The notes under the pieces were generated by a model, which saw nothing but the letters and a program-made list of their open reading frames with translations, had not been told where the DNA came from and searched no databases. From contig OZ244943.1 in NCBI GenBank assembly GCA_965222305.1, positions 3,974,258 to 4,038,257 on the forward strand: 64,000 nucleotides of DNA. Direction: 5' to 3'. Position numbers and translations under genes: made by a program. Positions 28,796 to 38,478 of this stretch are shown here, in pieces. The first letter of the stretch is position 1. The number at the start of each line of letters is the position of its first letter. The stretch comes from Reichenbachiella sp. Its GTDB lineage: Bacteria; Bacteroidota; Bacteroidia; Cytophagales; Cyclobacteriaceae.

Positions 28796-29049
28796 ACTAA
28801 CTAAATTCCATTCAAAACAACCTGTTTGAATTCCATAACCTAAAAGATCCAGCAGGTGGGATCATTGCTGATCGGTATTCACAACTCGTTTGTTGCGCTT
28901 TCTTGATTCAATATTAGGGTGTATTGGGCTAAATTCTAACTTAATTCGACCCATCGCCCGGGTTATTCGATTACCAATGCCGCAATCTCGGTGATTCGAT
29001 GAATGATGAGGATTATAGGATAAACATTGAGAATGATAGTCGAAATGAC

Positions 29050-29268
29050 CTAGATCATCTCCATGATGTCAGCCTTGCGCACGGAATTGAGAAACCGTAG
29101 CTTATTGAGCAGCTTCTCTCTGAAAGAAGTGCTGATGTCCGAAAAGGTGTCTAGGATGATAAAGTTTTGAGATTGGTTGCTGTTTTTCAGAATCTCAAGA
29201 TATTCTTCTTTATCTCCAAACTGGTATTCTTTATCGGCGGGATTATACCAAATGAATTCCGTTTTCAT
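29050..29268 (-). CDS. Small hypothetical protein (72 aa)
   Basis: MKTEFIWYNPADKEYQFG...; co-oriented downstream of the symporter; protein-like composition. Confidence 0.6.
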   Translation of the reverse strand: MKTEFIWYNPADKEYQFGDKEEYLEILKNSNQSQNFIILDTFSDISTSFREKLLNKLRFLNSVRKADIMEMI

Positions 29269-29328
29269 TGTACTCGCAAGCATGATCTACGAAGTTATGA
29301 AATTTCGAACAAAAAGTATAATAATAGG

Positions 29329-30246
29329 CTAATTCTGTTGTACTATTTTAATATTGCGCGCCTGCCAGTGAAATGATATAAATGCGCCCGAGATTAAATG
29401 CCAGACGCCCCACCATGCCGCGATGAATGCCATACCCCCCAATCCCTGGAAGTAATCAAAAATAATCACAAGGGCAAGGCCTGAGTTTTGAATGCCCGTT
29501 TCGATGGTGATCGACCTACGGTCAGGATCGCTCAATCCAAAAAGAGAGGAAGAAGAGTAACCCGATCCAAGAGCGATAAGGTTGTGCAGCAGCACCAGAA
29601 ATACGACTTCCATGATGTGGTTGAGGAAATGAGTAAAATTGGCTGACAAGGCTGCTACCACAAATCCAGCGAATATCAGTATTGACAGTTTTTTTATGGG
29701 TTTCGTGATCTTCTTCGTGATTTTGGGAAAGCGATTATTGAACACCATACCTAGAAAAAGTGGAAGCGCCAGGATTAGTACTACCGTGACCACCACATTC
29801 CAAACGTTCAAATTAAATTTTTCCAAAAGATCGGCCGTAGGGCCATAGCTACCGGCCCACAAGGTGAAGTTAAACGGAGTGAGTAAAACCGCGGCAGTAG
29901 AGACAATGGCCGTCAGGCTCACAGACAAGGCCACATTGCCTCTGGAGAGGGAGCTGTAAAAATTGGAAACATTGCCTCCGGGACAGGCAGCCACTAAAAA
30001 CATACCTAAGGCTATGCTGGGAGTCGGGTTTATTATAGAGACCAATAGATAAGTCATAAACGGCAGAACAAGAAGCTGAGACAACAGTCCGACCAATATG
30101 GGTTTGGGTGTCTTAAACAGCAAAGCAAAGTCGCGAATCTTGAGCTCCAGGGCCACGCCAAACATGATAAAGGCAATGCAAATATTGAGCAACAGCAATG
30201 AGTCCTTATCAAAATTTAATACGACCTGATCGAGGGTTGATTCCAT
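29329..30246 (-). CDS. Bile acid:sodium symporter (SBF/ASBT) family transporter
   Basis: IMFGVAL, QLLVLP, ACPGGNVSN, ALSVSLT and ETGIQNSGLA motifs. Confidence 0.92.
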   Translation of the reverse strand: MESTLDQVVLNFDKDSLLLLNICIAFIMFGVALELKIRDFALLFKTPKPILVGLLSQLLVLPFMTYLLVSIINPTPSIALGMFLVAACPGGNVSNFYSSLSRGNVALSVSLTAIVSTAAVLLTPFNFTLWAGSYGPTADLLEKFNLNVWNVVVTVVLILALPLFLGMVFNNRFPKITKKITKPIKKLSILIFAGFVVAALSANFTHFLNHIMEVVFLVLLHNLIALGSGYSSSSLFGLSDPDRRSITIETGIQNSGLALVIIFDYFQGLGGMAFIAAWWGVWHLISGAFISFHWQARNIKIVQQN

Positions 30247-30297
30247 CTAGTTCACTTAAATGCTGCCGAAAAGATAGGCAAATCCTGTCACAATGGA

Positions 30298-31938
30298 CTA
30301 CTGACGCCCGAGGGTCGAAGCATACAACTGCTCATCGTCAAGCACATCAAGGGCTGACTTAATATAAGGATCTTCATTGAGCGTAGACTCCAATACACCG
30401 GCGGTGAGATAGTATCTTTTGATGATTTCTTTTTCGAGCTCCGACCGGATCTCTTCTTTGAAAGTTATCAATCCGTTAGATTTGGCTTTGGTCACTGCCT
30501 GGCTCAGCGCATCAATCTCGTCGGCAAGTTCCTCATAGGCCTTGTCAGCTGATGCCGCCTTCTTGAGCAGTTTCAGTCCTGACTCAACGCTTGACGTGTT
30601 TTCAAATGATTTCTTGTTCATCCATTGGACAAACTTCTCATACTCTGCGTCTGATAACTCAAACTCCTTAGCCTCATTGATGCTATCGTGTGCATAGTAG
30701 TACCGTGTGGCATAGTCAAATATCAGCCCGCTTTTTCTCAGGTTTTTGGTATAAAAGGATTCTTCCTTTTTTTGGATTCTGATGTCAGGATCCACCCCTC
30801 CTCCGTCGAATACCTTTCGGTTGTTTGAAGTGTAAAATTCACCTTTTAGTGAATCCGGGATGGTACCTGCCGTGCCATCAGGGTTTTTGTGAAGATAATC
30901 GAGTGCCTGAATACATCGACCACTCGGGATATAGTACTTAGCGGTAGTGACCTTGAGTTGGGAATTAAACGTTAGGGGTCGTGATACCTGTACAAGGCCC
31001 TTGCCATACGACTTTCGTCCAATGATCACTCCACGATCATAATCTTGCATCACGCCTGATACGATCTCAGAAGCCGAGGCACTATTTTCATCGATCAGTA
31101 CCACCAACGGGATTTCTAAGTCCAGGGGAATCTCCTTGGCCGCATACGACAAGCTCTGAGCGGGAGTCTTTCCTTTTGTCTGCACGATGTTGGAGCCTTT
31201 AGGCACAAATAGATTGCAAATAGCCACCGCCTCATTGAGCAGACCACCCGGGTTCCCCCTCAGGTCGATGACCATACTTTTGGCCCCTTTCATTTTTAGG
31301 TCTATGACGGTTTTTTCTACGTCCTCACCAGCATGTCGGGTAAACTCTGACATTTTGAAATACCCCACCTCCGGAGTGAGTAGTGTACTGTAGCTTATGT
31401 TTGGAATGACGATCTTTTCCCGCTCCAGGCTAAATTCCTTGGATTCCTTGTTATTCCTGAGTACTTCTATTTTCACCTTAGATCCAGATTGACCCTTGAG
31501 CAGTTTTCCAGCATCCTCATCGCTCATCTCAATGATAGATCGACCATCAATTTTTGTGATCTCATCCCCAATTTTCATTCCGGCATTGTATGCAGGTGAG
31601 TCTTCGTACAGGTTGAGTACCAGATGACGGCCGTTCACTTTGTTGGACATGATGCCGATCCCTCCATATTCTCCGGTAGCATTGGTACGAAAGTCCTCAA
31701 TGGCATCCTCAGGAATATAGACTGTATAGGGATCCAGCTCTTTAAGCATGGCGTCTATGCCCGTTTTGATAAGTTCGTTGGGGTTGACTTCATCTACATA
31801 ATACTTGTTCACCTCAGTGTACAGCGAAGCGAATATGTCCAGGTTTTTAGTGAAGGTAAAATACTTGTCATCACTCGAAAACGAGAAGAGCCCGATGGAC
31901 AGAATGAGGACAACGGATATGATTTTGTATTTTTTCAA
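30298..31938 (-). CDS. S41 family carboxy-terminal processing protease (CtpA/Prc)
   Basis: ELDPYT, PDZ domain, IDLRGNPGGLL, SASASEIVSG, GRKSYGKG and KYYIPSGRCIQ. Confidence 0.93.
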   Translation of the reverse strand: MKKYKIISVVLILSIGLFSFSSDDKYFTFTKNLDIFASLYTEVNKYYVDEVNPNELIKTGIDAMLKELDPYTVYIPEDAIEDFRTNATGEYGGIGIMSNKVNGRHLVLNLYEDSPAYNAGMKIGDEITKIDGRSIIEMSDEDAGKLLKGQSGSKVKIEVLRNNKESKEFSLEREKIVIPNISYSTLLTPEVGYFKMSEFTRHAGEDVEKTVIDLKMKGAKSMVIDLRGNPGGLLNEAVAICNLFVPKGSNIVQTKGKTPAQSLSYAAKEIPLDLEIPLVVLIDENSASASEIVSGVMQDYDRGVIIGRKSYGKGLVQVSRPLTFNSQLKVTTAKYYIPSGRCIQALDYLHKNPDGTAGTIPDSLKGEFYTSNNRKVFDGGGVDPDIRIQKKEESFYTKNLRKSGLIFDYATRYYYAHDSINEAKEFELSDAEYEKFVQWMNKKSFENTSSVESGLKLLKKAASADKAYEELADEIDALSQAVTKAKSNGLITFKEEIRSELEKEIIKRYYLTAGVLESTLNEDPYIKSALDVLDDEQLYASTLGRQ

Positions 31939-31960
31939 ATTAATTTCTGAAATGGGAGAA

Positions 31961-31968
31961 CAAAAATA
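31961..31968 (-). promoter_or_regulatory. Bacteroidota sigma-A -7 element upstream of the S41 protease
   Basis: TATTTTTG on the minus strand, 22 nt before the TTG start. Confidence 0.45.
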
Positions 31969-32041
31969 TCAAATAAATGGCTTACAACGACTTCAACGCA
32001 AACCAAAGTGTCTTTTGTTTACGAATGAATTGGTTTTTTGA

Positions 32042-32863
32042 CTAAACTTTTTTCAAAGGAGAACCACATTGATTGCAAAAATTCGCTTCGAGAGGATTGT
32101 TGTATCCGCAGCTCGGGCAGCTTGCTTTTCTCTTTTGTTCCCCTTGTATCAACTCGTGGGTGACAATGCCAGTAGGAACTGCCAGGATCGCATAGCCGAT
32201 GATCATGAGCATTGAAGCCAGCGTTTGTCCAATGATAGTTTGGGGAGCGATGTCCCCGTAGCCCACTGTCGTGATGGTGACGATCGCCCAATAAATGCTG
32301 CGAGGGATGCTTGTGAATCCACTTTCCCGGCTTTCAATCATATACATCAACGTACCTATGATCACTACGATGCAGAGTACAGAGCCCAGGAATACCACGA
32401 TCTTATGACGGCTTTGCCATAGGGCATCAGCCAGCTGCTGGGCACCACCCATGAAATGCGTAAGTTTCAGGATTCTAAACACACGGATCAACCGTATGGA
32501 ACGAATGACTAATAAGGCATGTGACCCGCTGACGATGAGGCTTAGATATGTTGGGATCAGGGAGAGTAAGTCCACAATCCCCATGAAGCTAAATATGTAC
32601 TTCCAGGGCTTGGGTGAGGATAAGATTCTAGCGACATACTCTAGCGTGAACAATACCGTAAAAAACCACTCGATGATCCTGAGTTCATATCCATGTCGAT
32701 CGTACACTTCCCTCACGCTCTCTAGCATGACCACTACGATACTGGCAAGTATTGCTACCAGGAGGGTAATGTCAAACAGTTTGCCATGCCAGGTTGTATA
32801 GCCGAAGATCACTTCGTGAATCTTCTTTTGCCAATTTTTTAAACTAGAATAGTCTTCGTCCAT
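32042..32863 (-). CDS. 6TM voltage-gated potassium channel with C-terminal zinc ribbon
   Basis: Start moved to ATG 32863. S4 segment IRSIRLIRVFRILK; canonical filter TITTVGYGD; CPSC...FCNQCG tail. Confidence 0.9.
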   Translation of the reverse strand: MDEDYSSLKNWQKKIHEVIFGYTTWHGKLFDITLLVAILASIVVVMLESVREVYDRHGYELRIIEWFFTVLFTLEYVARILSSPKPWKYIFSFMGIVDLLSLIPTYLSLIVSGSHALLVIRSIRLIRVFRILKLTHFMGGAQQLADALWQSRHKIVVFLGSVLCIVVIIGTLMYMIESRESGFTSIPRSIYWAIVTITTVGYGDIAPQTIIGQTLASMLMIIGYAILAVPTGIVTHELIQGEQKRKASCPSCGYNNPLEANFCNQCGSPLKKV

Positions 32864-32966
32864 CTCGGTTTTGAAATTAAATATTTTTTTGAAAACGAAA
32901 TTGTACAAAGGAACGGGAATTCGAAGCAAACATGCGGTGACCGGTGGTCTTATTGGCTTTATCGTA

Positions 32967-32974
32967 TAATTTTG
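32967..32974 (+). promoter_or_regulatory. Bacteroidota sigma-A -7 element upstream of the FAD/Fe-S oxidoreductase
   Basis: TAATTTTG, 5 nt before ATG 32980. Confidence 0.6.
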
Positions 32975-32979
32975 CGGCC

Positions 32980-35904
32980 ATGAAAGAGAAGCTGAGATTA
33001 TTGGCCAAAAGCCTGGAGGGAGAGTTTTTTTATGATGATACCATGCGGACGCTCTATGCCACGGATGCATCTGCTTATCGCGAAATGCCATTGGCGGTAG
33101 CCCTACCCAAGTCAAAATCGGATATTGCACTGCTCATCAAGTTTGCCAATGAAAACAATACTTCTCTTATCCCACGTACTGCGGGTACGTCACTCGCTGG
33201 ACAGGTGGTAGGCCAGGGGATCGTGGTGGATGTTTCCAAACATTTTAACCAGGTGCTCGAGGTAAACAAAGGAGAAAGCTGGGTGCGTGTGCAACCGGGT
33301 GTGATACGTGATGATCTCAACCGCCACCTGAAGTCGTTCGATCTATTCTTTGGGCCGGAGACTTCCACGGCCAACCGCGCTATGATCGGCGGAATGGTCG
33401 GCAACAACTCTTGTGGATCCAATTCAGTGGTCTACGGAAGCACTAGAGAGCATTTGCTGGAGGTGACGGGCTTTCTCTCTGACGGTTCCGAGGTTACTTT
33501 TTCAGAACTCGATCAGGTTTCCTTTGATGAAAAGCTGCAGCAGGAGGACCTGGAAGGTTTTTTATATCAGGAAATATATCGTCAGCTAAACTCAGAAGAG
33601 GTACGGTCTGAAATTGAGAAGGAGTTTCCCAAGCCGTCTATCCCACGAAGAAACACCGGATACGCTATCGACCTGCTGGCGATCAACAAGCCATTTAACG
33701 CGCAGGGAGAAGATTTTAACTTTTGCAAGCTGATTGCCGGGTCGGAAGGTACCTTGGTTTTCATCACTGAGATCAAGGTAAAAACCATCCCAACCCCTCC
33801 GAAAGACAAGGCTCTTGTCTGTATTCATTGCAACGACATTCATGAGTCTCTGCTGGCCAATCTGGTAGGATTGAAATATGAGCCACATGCGAGTGAGCTC
33901 ATTGATGACATTATTCTCCAGTGCACCAAAGAAAATATCGAGCAGCAAAAAAACCGATTCTTTGTGCAAGGTGATCCCGGGGCCATTTTGGTTGTGGAGC
34001 TGGCTGCTGATAATGATGAAGCCCTTAATGCTAAGACGGAATCGCTCATTGCTGATCTGAAAAAAGAAAAGCTGGGCTATCATTATCCGGTGCTCAAAGG
34101 CAATGACATTGGCAAAATCTGGAACTTGCGTAAAGCTGGACTCGGACTGCTCGGCAACATACCGGGAGATGCGAAAGCTCAGCCTGTGATAGAGGATACG
34201 GCAGTGGATGTACAGGATTTGCCGGAGTACATTCGGGAATTCAATGAAACGCTGAAAAAGTACAACCTAAGCTGCGTACACTACGCCCATGCAGGATCTG
34301 GAGAGCTGCACCTCCGACCCGTGCTCAATATGAAGACCGAGGAAGGTCACAGAATGTTTAGAGTGGTGGCAGAGGAGATTTCCAGGTTGGTGAAAAAATA
34401 CAAAGGCTCCTTGAGTGGTGAGCATGGTGATGGACGCCTGAGAGGTGAGTTTATCAAAGAGCAGATCGGAGAGAAAAACTACGAGCTCGTCAAGGAAGTG
34501 AAGAAAACTTGGGATCCCAAGGGGATTTTTAATCCGGGCAAAATCACAGAGGCTCCGCCTATGGATGAGTGCCTTCGTTACACGCCTGATCAAAAAGACG
34601 AGGAGATAAAGACGTACTTTGACTGGAGCAAAACACAAGGAGTACTCCGGGCTGCCGAGCAGTGCAACGGTTCTGGTGACTGCCGAAAATCTCCCGAGAG
34701 CGGAGGGACCATGTGTCCGAGCTTCATGGCTACCCGCAATGAAAAGGACACCACTCGCGCTCGCGCCAATATCCTTCGGGAAGTGCTCACTCATTCAGAC
34801 AAACTCAACAAATTTGACAGTCAGGAGATCAAAGAAGTTGTAGATCTGTGCCTGTCTTGTAAGGGTTGCAAGAGTGAATGCCCTTCGAATGTGGATATGG
34901 CAAAGCTCAAGGCGGAATTTCAGCAGCACTACCATGATGCCAATGGAATTCCCTTTGGCGTACGGATGACAGGCGAGTATGCCACCAATATGAAATTGGC
35001 ATCCAAGGTTCCCTGGGCCTATAATGCAGTATTTAAGAGTAAATTTTTAGGGAATATCGGCAAAGCGGTGATGGGCTATCATCCTGACCGTTCTATGCCT
35101 CTTCTGCCTGGTTTTACGGCAAAAGACTGGTTCGTCAAAAATAAGGCCGGCCTGATGAACCAGGACTCTGACAAGGTGGTTCACTTTTTTGTCGATGAGT
35201 TTACTGATTATCTTGACGCTGAAATAGGGGTCAAAACCATCCAGCTCCTTGATAAGCTCGGCTACAAAGTGGTGGTACCTGAGCACGTGCCTTCAGGGCG
35301 CCCGCAGCTTTCCAAGGGCATGGTAAGGGAAGCCAAAAAGATCTGTGATAAGAACATTGAGTTGCTATCCGATGTGGTCACCAGGGAAAGCCCTCTGATC
35401 GGGATCGAACCTTCTGCGATATTGACCTTCAGGGATGAGTACCCTGTGCTTTGCGATCCGGAGCTTAAGGAGAAAGCTGTTAAGCTATCTGAAGCGGTTA
35501 TGACTTTTGAGGAGTTTATCACCAGGGAAGTGATGGCCAAGAGAATCTCTCCTGATCGCTTCACACAAAACAAGGCAGAAATTCAGGTACACGGTCACTG
35601 TCATCAAAAGGCCCTGTCTTCTATGAAGACTCTGATGGATGCACTATCTCTTCCCGAAAATTACGAGGTAAAGGCTATCCCATCAGGATGCTGCGGTATG
35701 GCGGGTTCTTTCGGTTACGAAAAAGATCACTACGATGTGTCTATGAAGGTAGGTGAGCTAGTGCTATTTCCGGCTGTACGGGAGGCACATGGAGATGTGA
35801 TCGTCTCTGCACCGGGTACTAGCTGTCGTCATCAGATCAAGGATGGTACGGGCCGGATTGCCTTACATCCAGTCGAGGTGCTCCTTGACGCACTCATCGA
35901 TTGA
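32980..35904 (+). CDS. FAD-binding and Fe-S-binding oxidoreductase (D-lactate dehydrogenase / GlcD-GlcF-like fusion)
   Basis: PRTAGTSLAGQ, GGMVGNNSCG, GSEGTL, HAGSGELH, SGEHGDG, CNGSGDC, CLSCKGCKSECP and CCG motifs (HGHCH, GCCGMAGSFG). Confidence 0.92.
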   Translation: MKEKLRLLAKSLEGEFFYDDTMRTLYATDASAYREMPLAVALPKSKSDIALLIKFANENNTSLIPRTAGTSLAGQVVGQGIVVDVSKHFNQVLEVNKGESWVRVQPGVIRDDLNRHLKSFDLFFGPETSTANRAMIGGMVGNNSCGSNSVVYGSTREHLLEVTGFLSDGSEVTFSELDQVSFDEKLQQEDLEGFLYQEIYRQLNSEEVRSEIEKEFPKPSIPRRNTGYAIDLLAINKPFNAQGEDFNFCKLIAGSEGTLVFITEIKVKTIPTPPKDKALVCIHCNDIHESLLANLVGLKYEPHASELIDDIILQCTKENIEQQKNRFFVQGDPGAILVVELAADNDEALNAKTESLIADLKKEKLGYHYPVLKGNDIGKIWNLRKAGLGLLGNIPGDAKAQPVIEDTAVDVQDLPEYIREFNETLKKYNLSCVHYAHAGSGELHLRPVLNMKTEEGHRMFRVVAEEISRLVKKYKGSLSGEHGDGRLRGEFIKEQIGEKNYELVKEVKKTWDPKGIFNPGKITEAPPMDECLRYTPDQKDEEIKTYFDWSKTQGVLRAAEQCNGSGDCRKSPESGGTMCPSFMATRNEKDTTRARANILREVLTHSDKLNKFDSQEIKEVVDLCLSCKGCKSECPSNVDMAKLKAEFQQHYHDANGIPFGVRMTGEYATNMKLASKVPWAYNAVFKSKFLGNIGKAVMGYHPDRSMPLLPGFTAKDWFVKNKAGLMNQDSDKVVHFFVDEFTDYLDAEIGVKTIQLLDKLGYKVVVPEHVPSGRPQLSKGMVREAKKICDKNIELLSDVVTRESPLIGIEPSAILTFRDEYPVLCDPELKEKAVKLSEAVMTFEEFITREVMAKRISPDRFTQNKAEIQVHGHCHQKALSSMKTLMDALSLPENYEVKAIPSGCCGMAGSFGYEKDHYDVSMKVGELVLFPAVREAHGDVIVSAPGTSCRHQIKDGTGRIALHPVEVLLDALID

Positions 35905-36694
35905 CGATATATCGAATTTGGAAATGCTCAAATAGCTTGACCTTGAAGTCATCCCCATTTTGGATGGCCGTCTCGGTTGTTTCTCCCAGATGACTTATGG
36001 TCAATTTTTTCCAGGTCAGGGTTTTCTGTCCTTCCCGGGTTGCTTGTGTGATATACCGCCTTCTCACCAGATGGGATTCCTTGTTTCTGTGATGATAATA
36101 GCACATGTCGATAAATTCCACCAGGCTTCTTTTGACTAAAGTGAAACTATAGTCCTGGCGATAATTGATGGTATCTGTAGATGAACTGATCGTATAGACA
36201 TCATCAATGTTTTTATCAAGGCGATAGTATTTGTTGTTGTCCATTTGGACCTCCCCAATGGTCAAATTTTTAGGCTGACGAAAGTAGTCACCAAAACCAA
36301 CGTCTACCAGGTATTGACGCTCATCCAAATGTACAATCAGGGCCATATGATCAAACTCCTGCCTGAGCACACCGTCCGTGTCATACACTCTTGCCGACAC
36401 CATATCCACCTCAAACCCCAGTTTTTTGAGCAGGGTGTAGAACAATCCGTTGAGTTCGTAGCAGAAGCCACCTCGTCGTTTTTGGACGATTTTTTTATAA
36501 ATACGGTCAATGTCCAGGATGATTTCATTACCTAAAAAATTGTCCATGTTTTCAAATGGGACATGGAGCAGGTGCTGCAGATGCAGTTTTTTAAGATATC
36601 GGAGAGAGGGATTTACATCCAGCGGGCAATTGATACGCTCAAGGTACTCAGGTACGCTGAAAGGGGATCGTTTGGATACAGGCGCGTCTGTCAA
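35894..36694 (-). CDS. Arylamine N-acetyltransferase family protein
   Basis: Cys-His-Asp triad in RRGGFCYELNG, FDHMALIV and YLVDVGFG; HVPFENM. Confidence 0.92.
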   Translation of the reverse strand: MTDAPVSKRSPFSVPEYLERINCPLDVNPSLRYLKKLHLQHLLHVPFENMDNFLGNEIILDIDRIYKKIVQKRRGGFCYELNGLFYTLLKKLGFEVDMVSARVYDTDGVLRQEFDHMALIVHLDERQYLVDVGFGDYFRQPKNLTIGEVQMDNNKYYRLDKNIDDVYTISSSTDTINYRQDYSFTLVKRSLVEFIDMCYYHHRNKESHLVRRRYITQATREGQKTLTWKKLTISHLGETTETAIQNGDDFKVKLFEHFQIRYIVNR

Positions 36695-36715
36695 AGCCCT
36701 TTTGAATTTTATGGG

Positions 36716-37453
36716 TTAGTCCTTTTGGAGCTTGTCCAGCTTTTGAGTGATCTCGTCCAGCTTTTTTTCCAGGGTATCAGCCTTTTCAGTCAGCTTGTCG
36801 AGGCTTTCCTGTATGTCCTCATCACCGATAAAGTAATCAGTAATGGTACCCGTCAAGGTCGAGAAGATGATCATCCCAAGTAAGATCAGGGCAATACTCA
36901 GAAACTTTCCTTCCACTGTGACAGGCGGTATGTCTTGCAAAAATCCAACGGTGATCGTGGTAATGGTCGTCCACCAGAGGCTGTCTCCCACGTCATCGAT
37001 AAAAGGGTTTACGTGACGCTCGGCATGGTAAAAGCTCAATGTAAACATCATAATGATCAGGATACTGATGAAGAACAGGTTTCGGAAGGTATTGAAGGAA
37101 TTGTTCTTGCTAAAAAAATTGAGAATATACTTAGCAGATCTCAATACCCTCAGGATTCTGATCACTCTCACGATCCGGCCAATCCTCAGGAATCCTACCG
37201 TAGGAATAGACGATATCAGATCGATCCAGTGAATCTTAAAATATCTCCACTTGTCCTCCGCACGCCAAATTCCGGTAAAAAAGTCGTACAAAAACAATAT
37301 ACAAATACCGAAATCAATGTACTCCAGGATTTCCTTAATGTTGGCCGGATAATCGATCACCGTGCCTACATAGAGTTCGGCTACTACATAGACAGACAGG
37401 ATCAATAATAGTGTCTCAAAATTGAATGAAAGCTTGGTATTGTTTTCTGACAT
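36716..37453 (-). CDS. 6TM voltage-gated ion channel with non-canonical selectivity filter
   Basis: S4 segment LRIGRIVRVIRILRVLR; pore region DSLWWTTITTITVGFLQDIPPVT; C-terminal coiled coil. Confidence 0.88.
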   Translation of the reverse strand: MSENNTKLSFNFETLLLILSVYVVAELYVGTVIDYPANIKEILEYIDFGICILFLYDFFTGIWRAEDKWRYFKIHWIDLISSIPTVGFLRIGRIVRVIRILRVLRSAKYILNFFSKNNSFNTFRNLFFISILIIMMFTLSFYHAERHVNPFIDDVGDSLWWTTITTITVGFLQDIPPVTVEGKFLSIALILLGMIIFSTLTGTITDYFIGDEDIQESLDKLTEKADTLEKKLDEITQKLDKLQKD

Positions 37454-37581
37454 TTAAACGTTCTGTTCTGTTAGAATTTCTAAGCCTGCGGGAAAAGGAA
37501 GTTTGTGACGAAGATAAGAAAATTTATTTTTTCTAAGTTTACGCCATTGTCAAATCTAAGCGCAATCATCACACAGTTTTT

Positions 37582-38478
37582 ATGAAAGTATTAGTCACAG
37601 GTTCGAACGGACTTTTGGGTCAAAAATTGGTAAAACTTTTACTTGAAAATGGCGAGCAGCCAATAGCTAGTTCGTATTCTGAAAACCGTATCGATTACTT
37701 GAAGGAGCCCTTTGAGTTTGTAAATCTGGACATCCGTGATCAGGCCAATGTACAGGAAGTGATCTCACAAGTACAGCCTGATGTGGTAGTCAACACCGCC
37801 GCCATGACCAATGTAGACCAGTGCGAAACAGATCGAGAGGAATGCATCAAACTGAATGTAGATGCTGTGAGGTATCTGTCTGAAGCTTGTGCCAAAAACG
37901 ACATATTTCTGGTTCACCTTTCCACAGACTTCATTTTTGACGGGGAGGCGGGGCCATACAAAGAAGATGATGAACCCAATCCTCTGAGCTACTATGGCCA
38001 GAGCAAGCTGGATGCAGAGGAGATTGTGAAAAATTCTAACTGTCGATGGGCCATTCTTAGGACTGTGCTCGTCTACGGGATTACACCGGGCATGAGCCGA
38101 TCCAATATCATCCTATGGGTAAAAAACAACCTGGAATCAGGCAAGGAGCTCAAAATCGTTGACGATCAGTGGAGGACACCGACATTGGCTGAAGATCTGG
38201 CGATGGGATGCTACCTCGCTGCGAAAAAGCAGGCCGAGGGGGTGTTCAATATTTCAGGCAAGGAATTGCTCACACCCTACGACATGGCCATGAAGACCTG
38301 TGATTTCTTTGATCTGAACAAGTCCCTCATCACCAAGGTAGACGGCAGTATCTTTTCTCAGCCGGCGAAACGACCTCCAAAGACGGGATTCGTATTAGAC
38401 AAGGCACGAGAGGTTCTGGGTTATGATCCAAAATCTTTTGATGAAGGGATAGAAATACTGGCGGGTCAGATTAGCTAA
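37582..38478 (+). CDS. rfbD: dTDP-4-dehydrorhamnose reductase (RmlD) family SDR
   Basis: VTGSNGLLG, NTAAMTNVDQCE, HLSTDFIFDG, PNPLSYYGQSK, IVDDQWRTPT and AKRP. Confidence 0.85.
   Translation: MKVLVTGSNGLLGQKLVKLLLENGEQPIASSYSENRIDYLKEPFEFVNLDIRDQANVQEVISQVQPDVVVNTAAMTNVDQCETDREECIKLNVDAVRYLSEACAKNDIFLVHLSTDFIFDGEAGPYKEDDEPNPLSYYGQSKLDAEEIVKNSNCRWAILRTVLVYGITPGMSRSNIILWVKNNLESGKELKIVDDQWRTPTLAEDLAMGCYLAAKKQAEGVFNISGKELLTPYDMAMKTCDFFDLNKSLITKVDGSIFSQPAKRPPKTGFVLDKAREVLGYDPKSFDEGIEILAGQIS

Noticed and set aside
32864-33130. 89-aa N-terminal extension of the K+ channel ORF
   Set aside because: It is antisense to the FAD oxidoreductase start; the channel-like sequence begins at ATG 32863.
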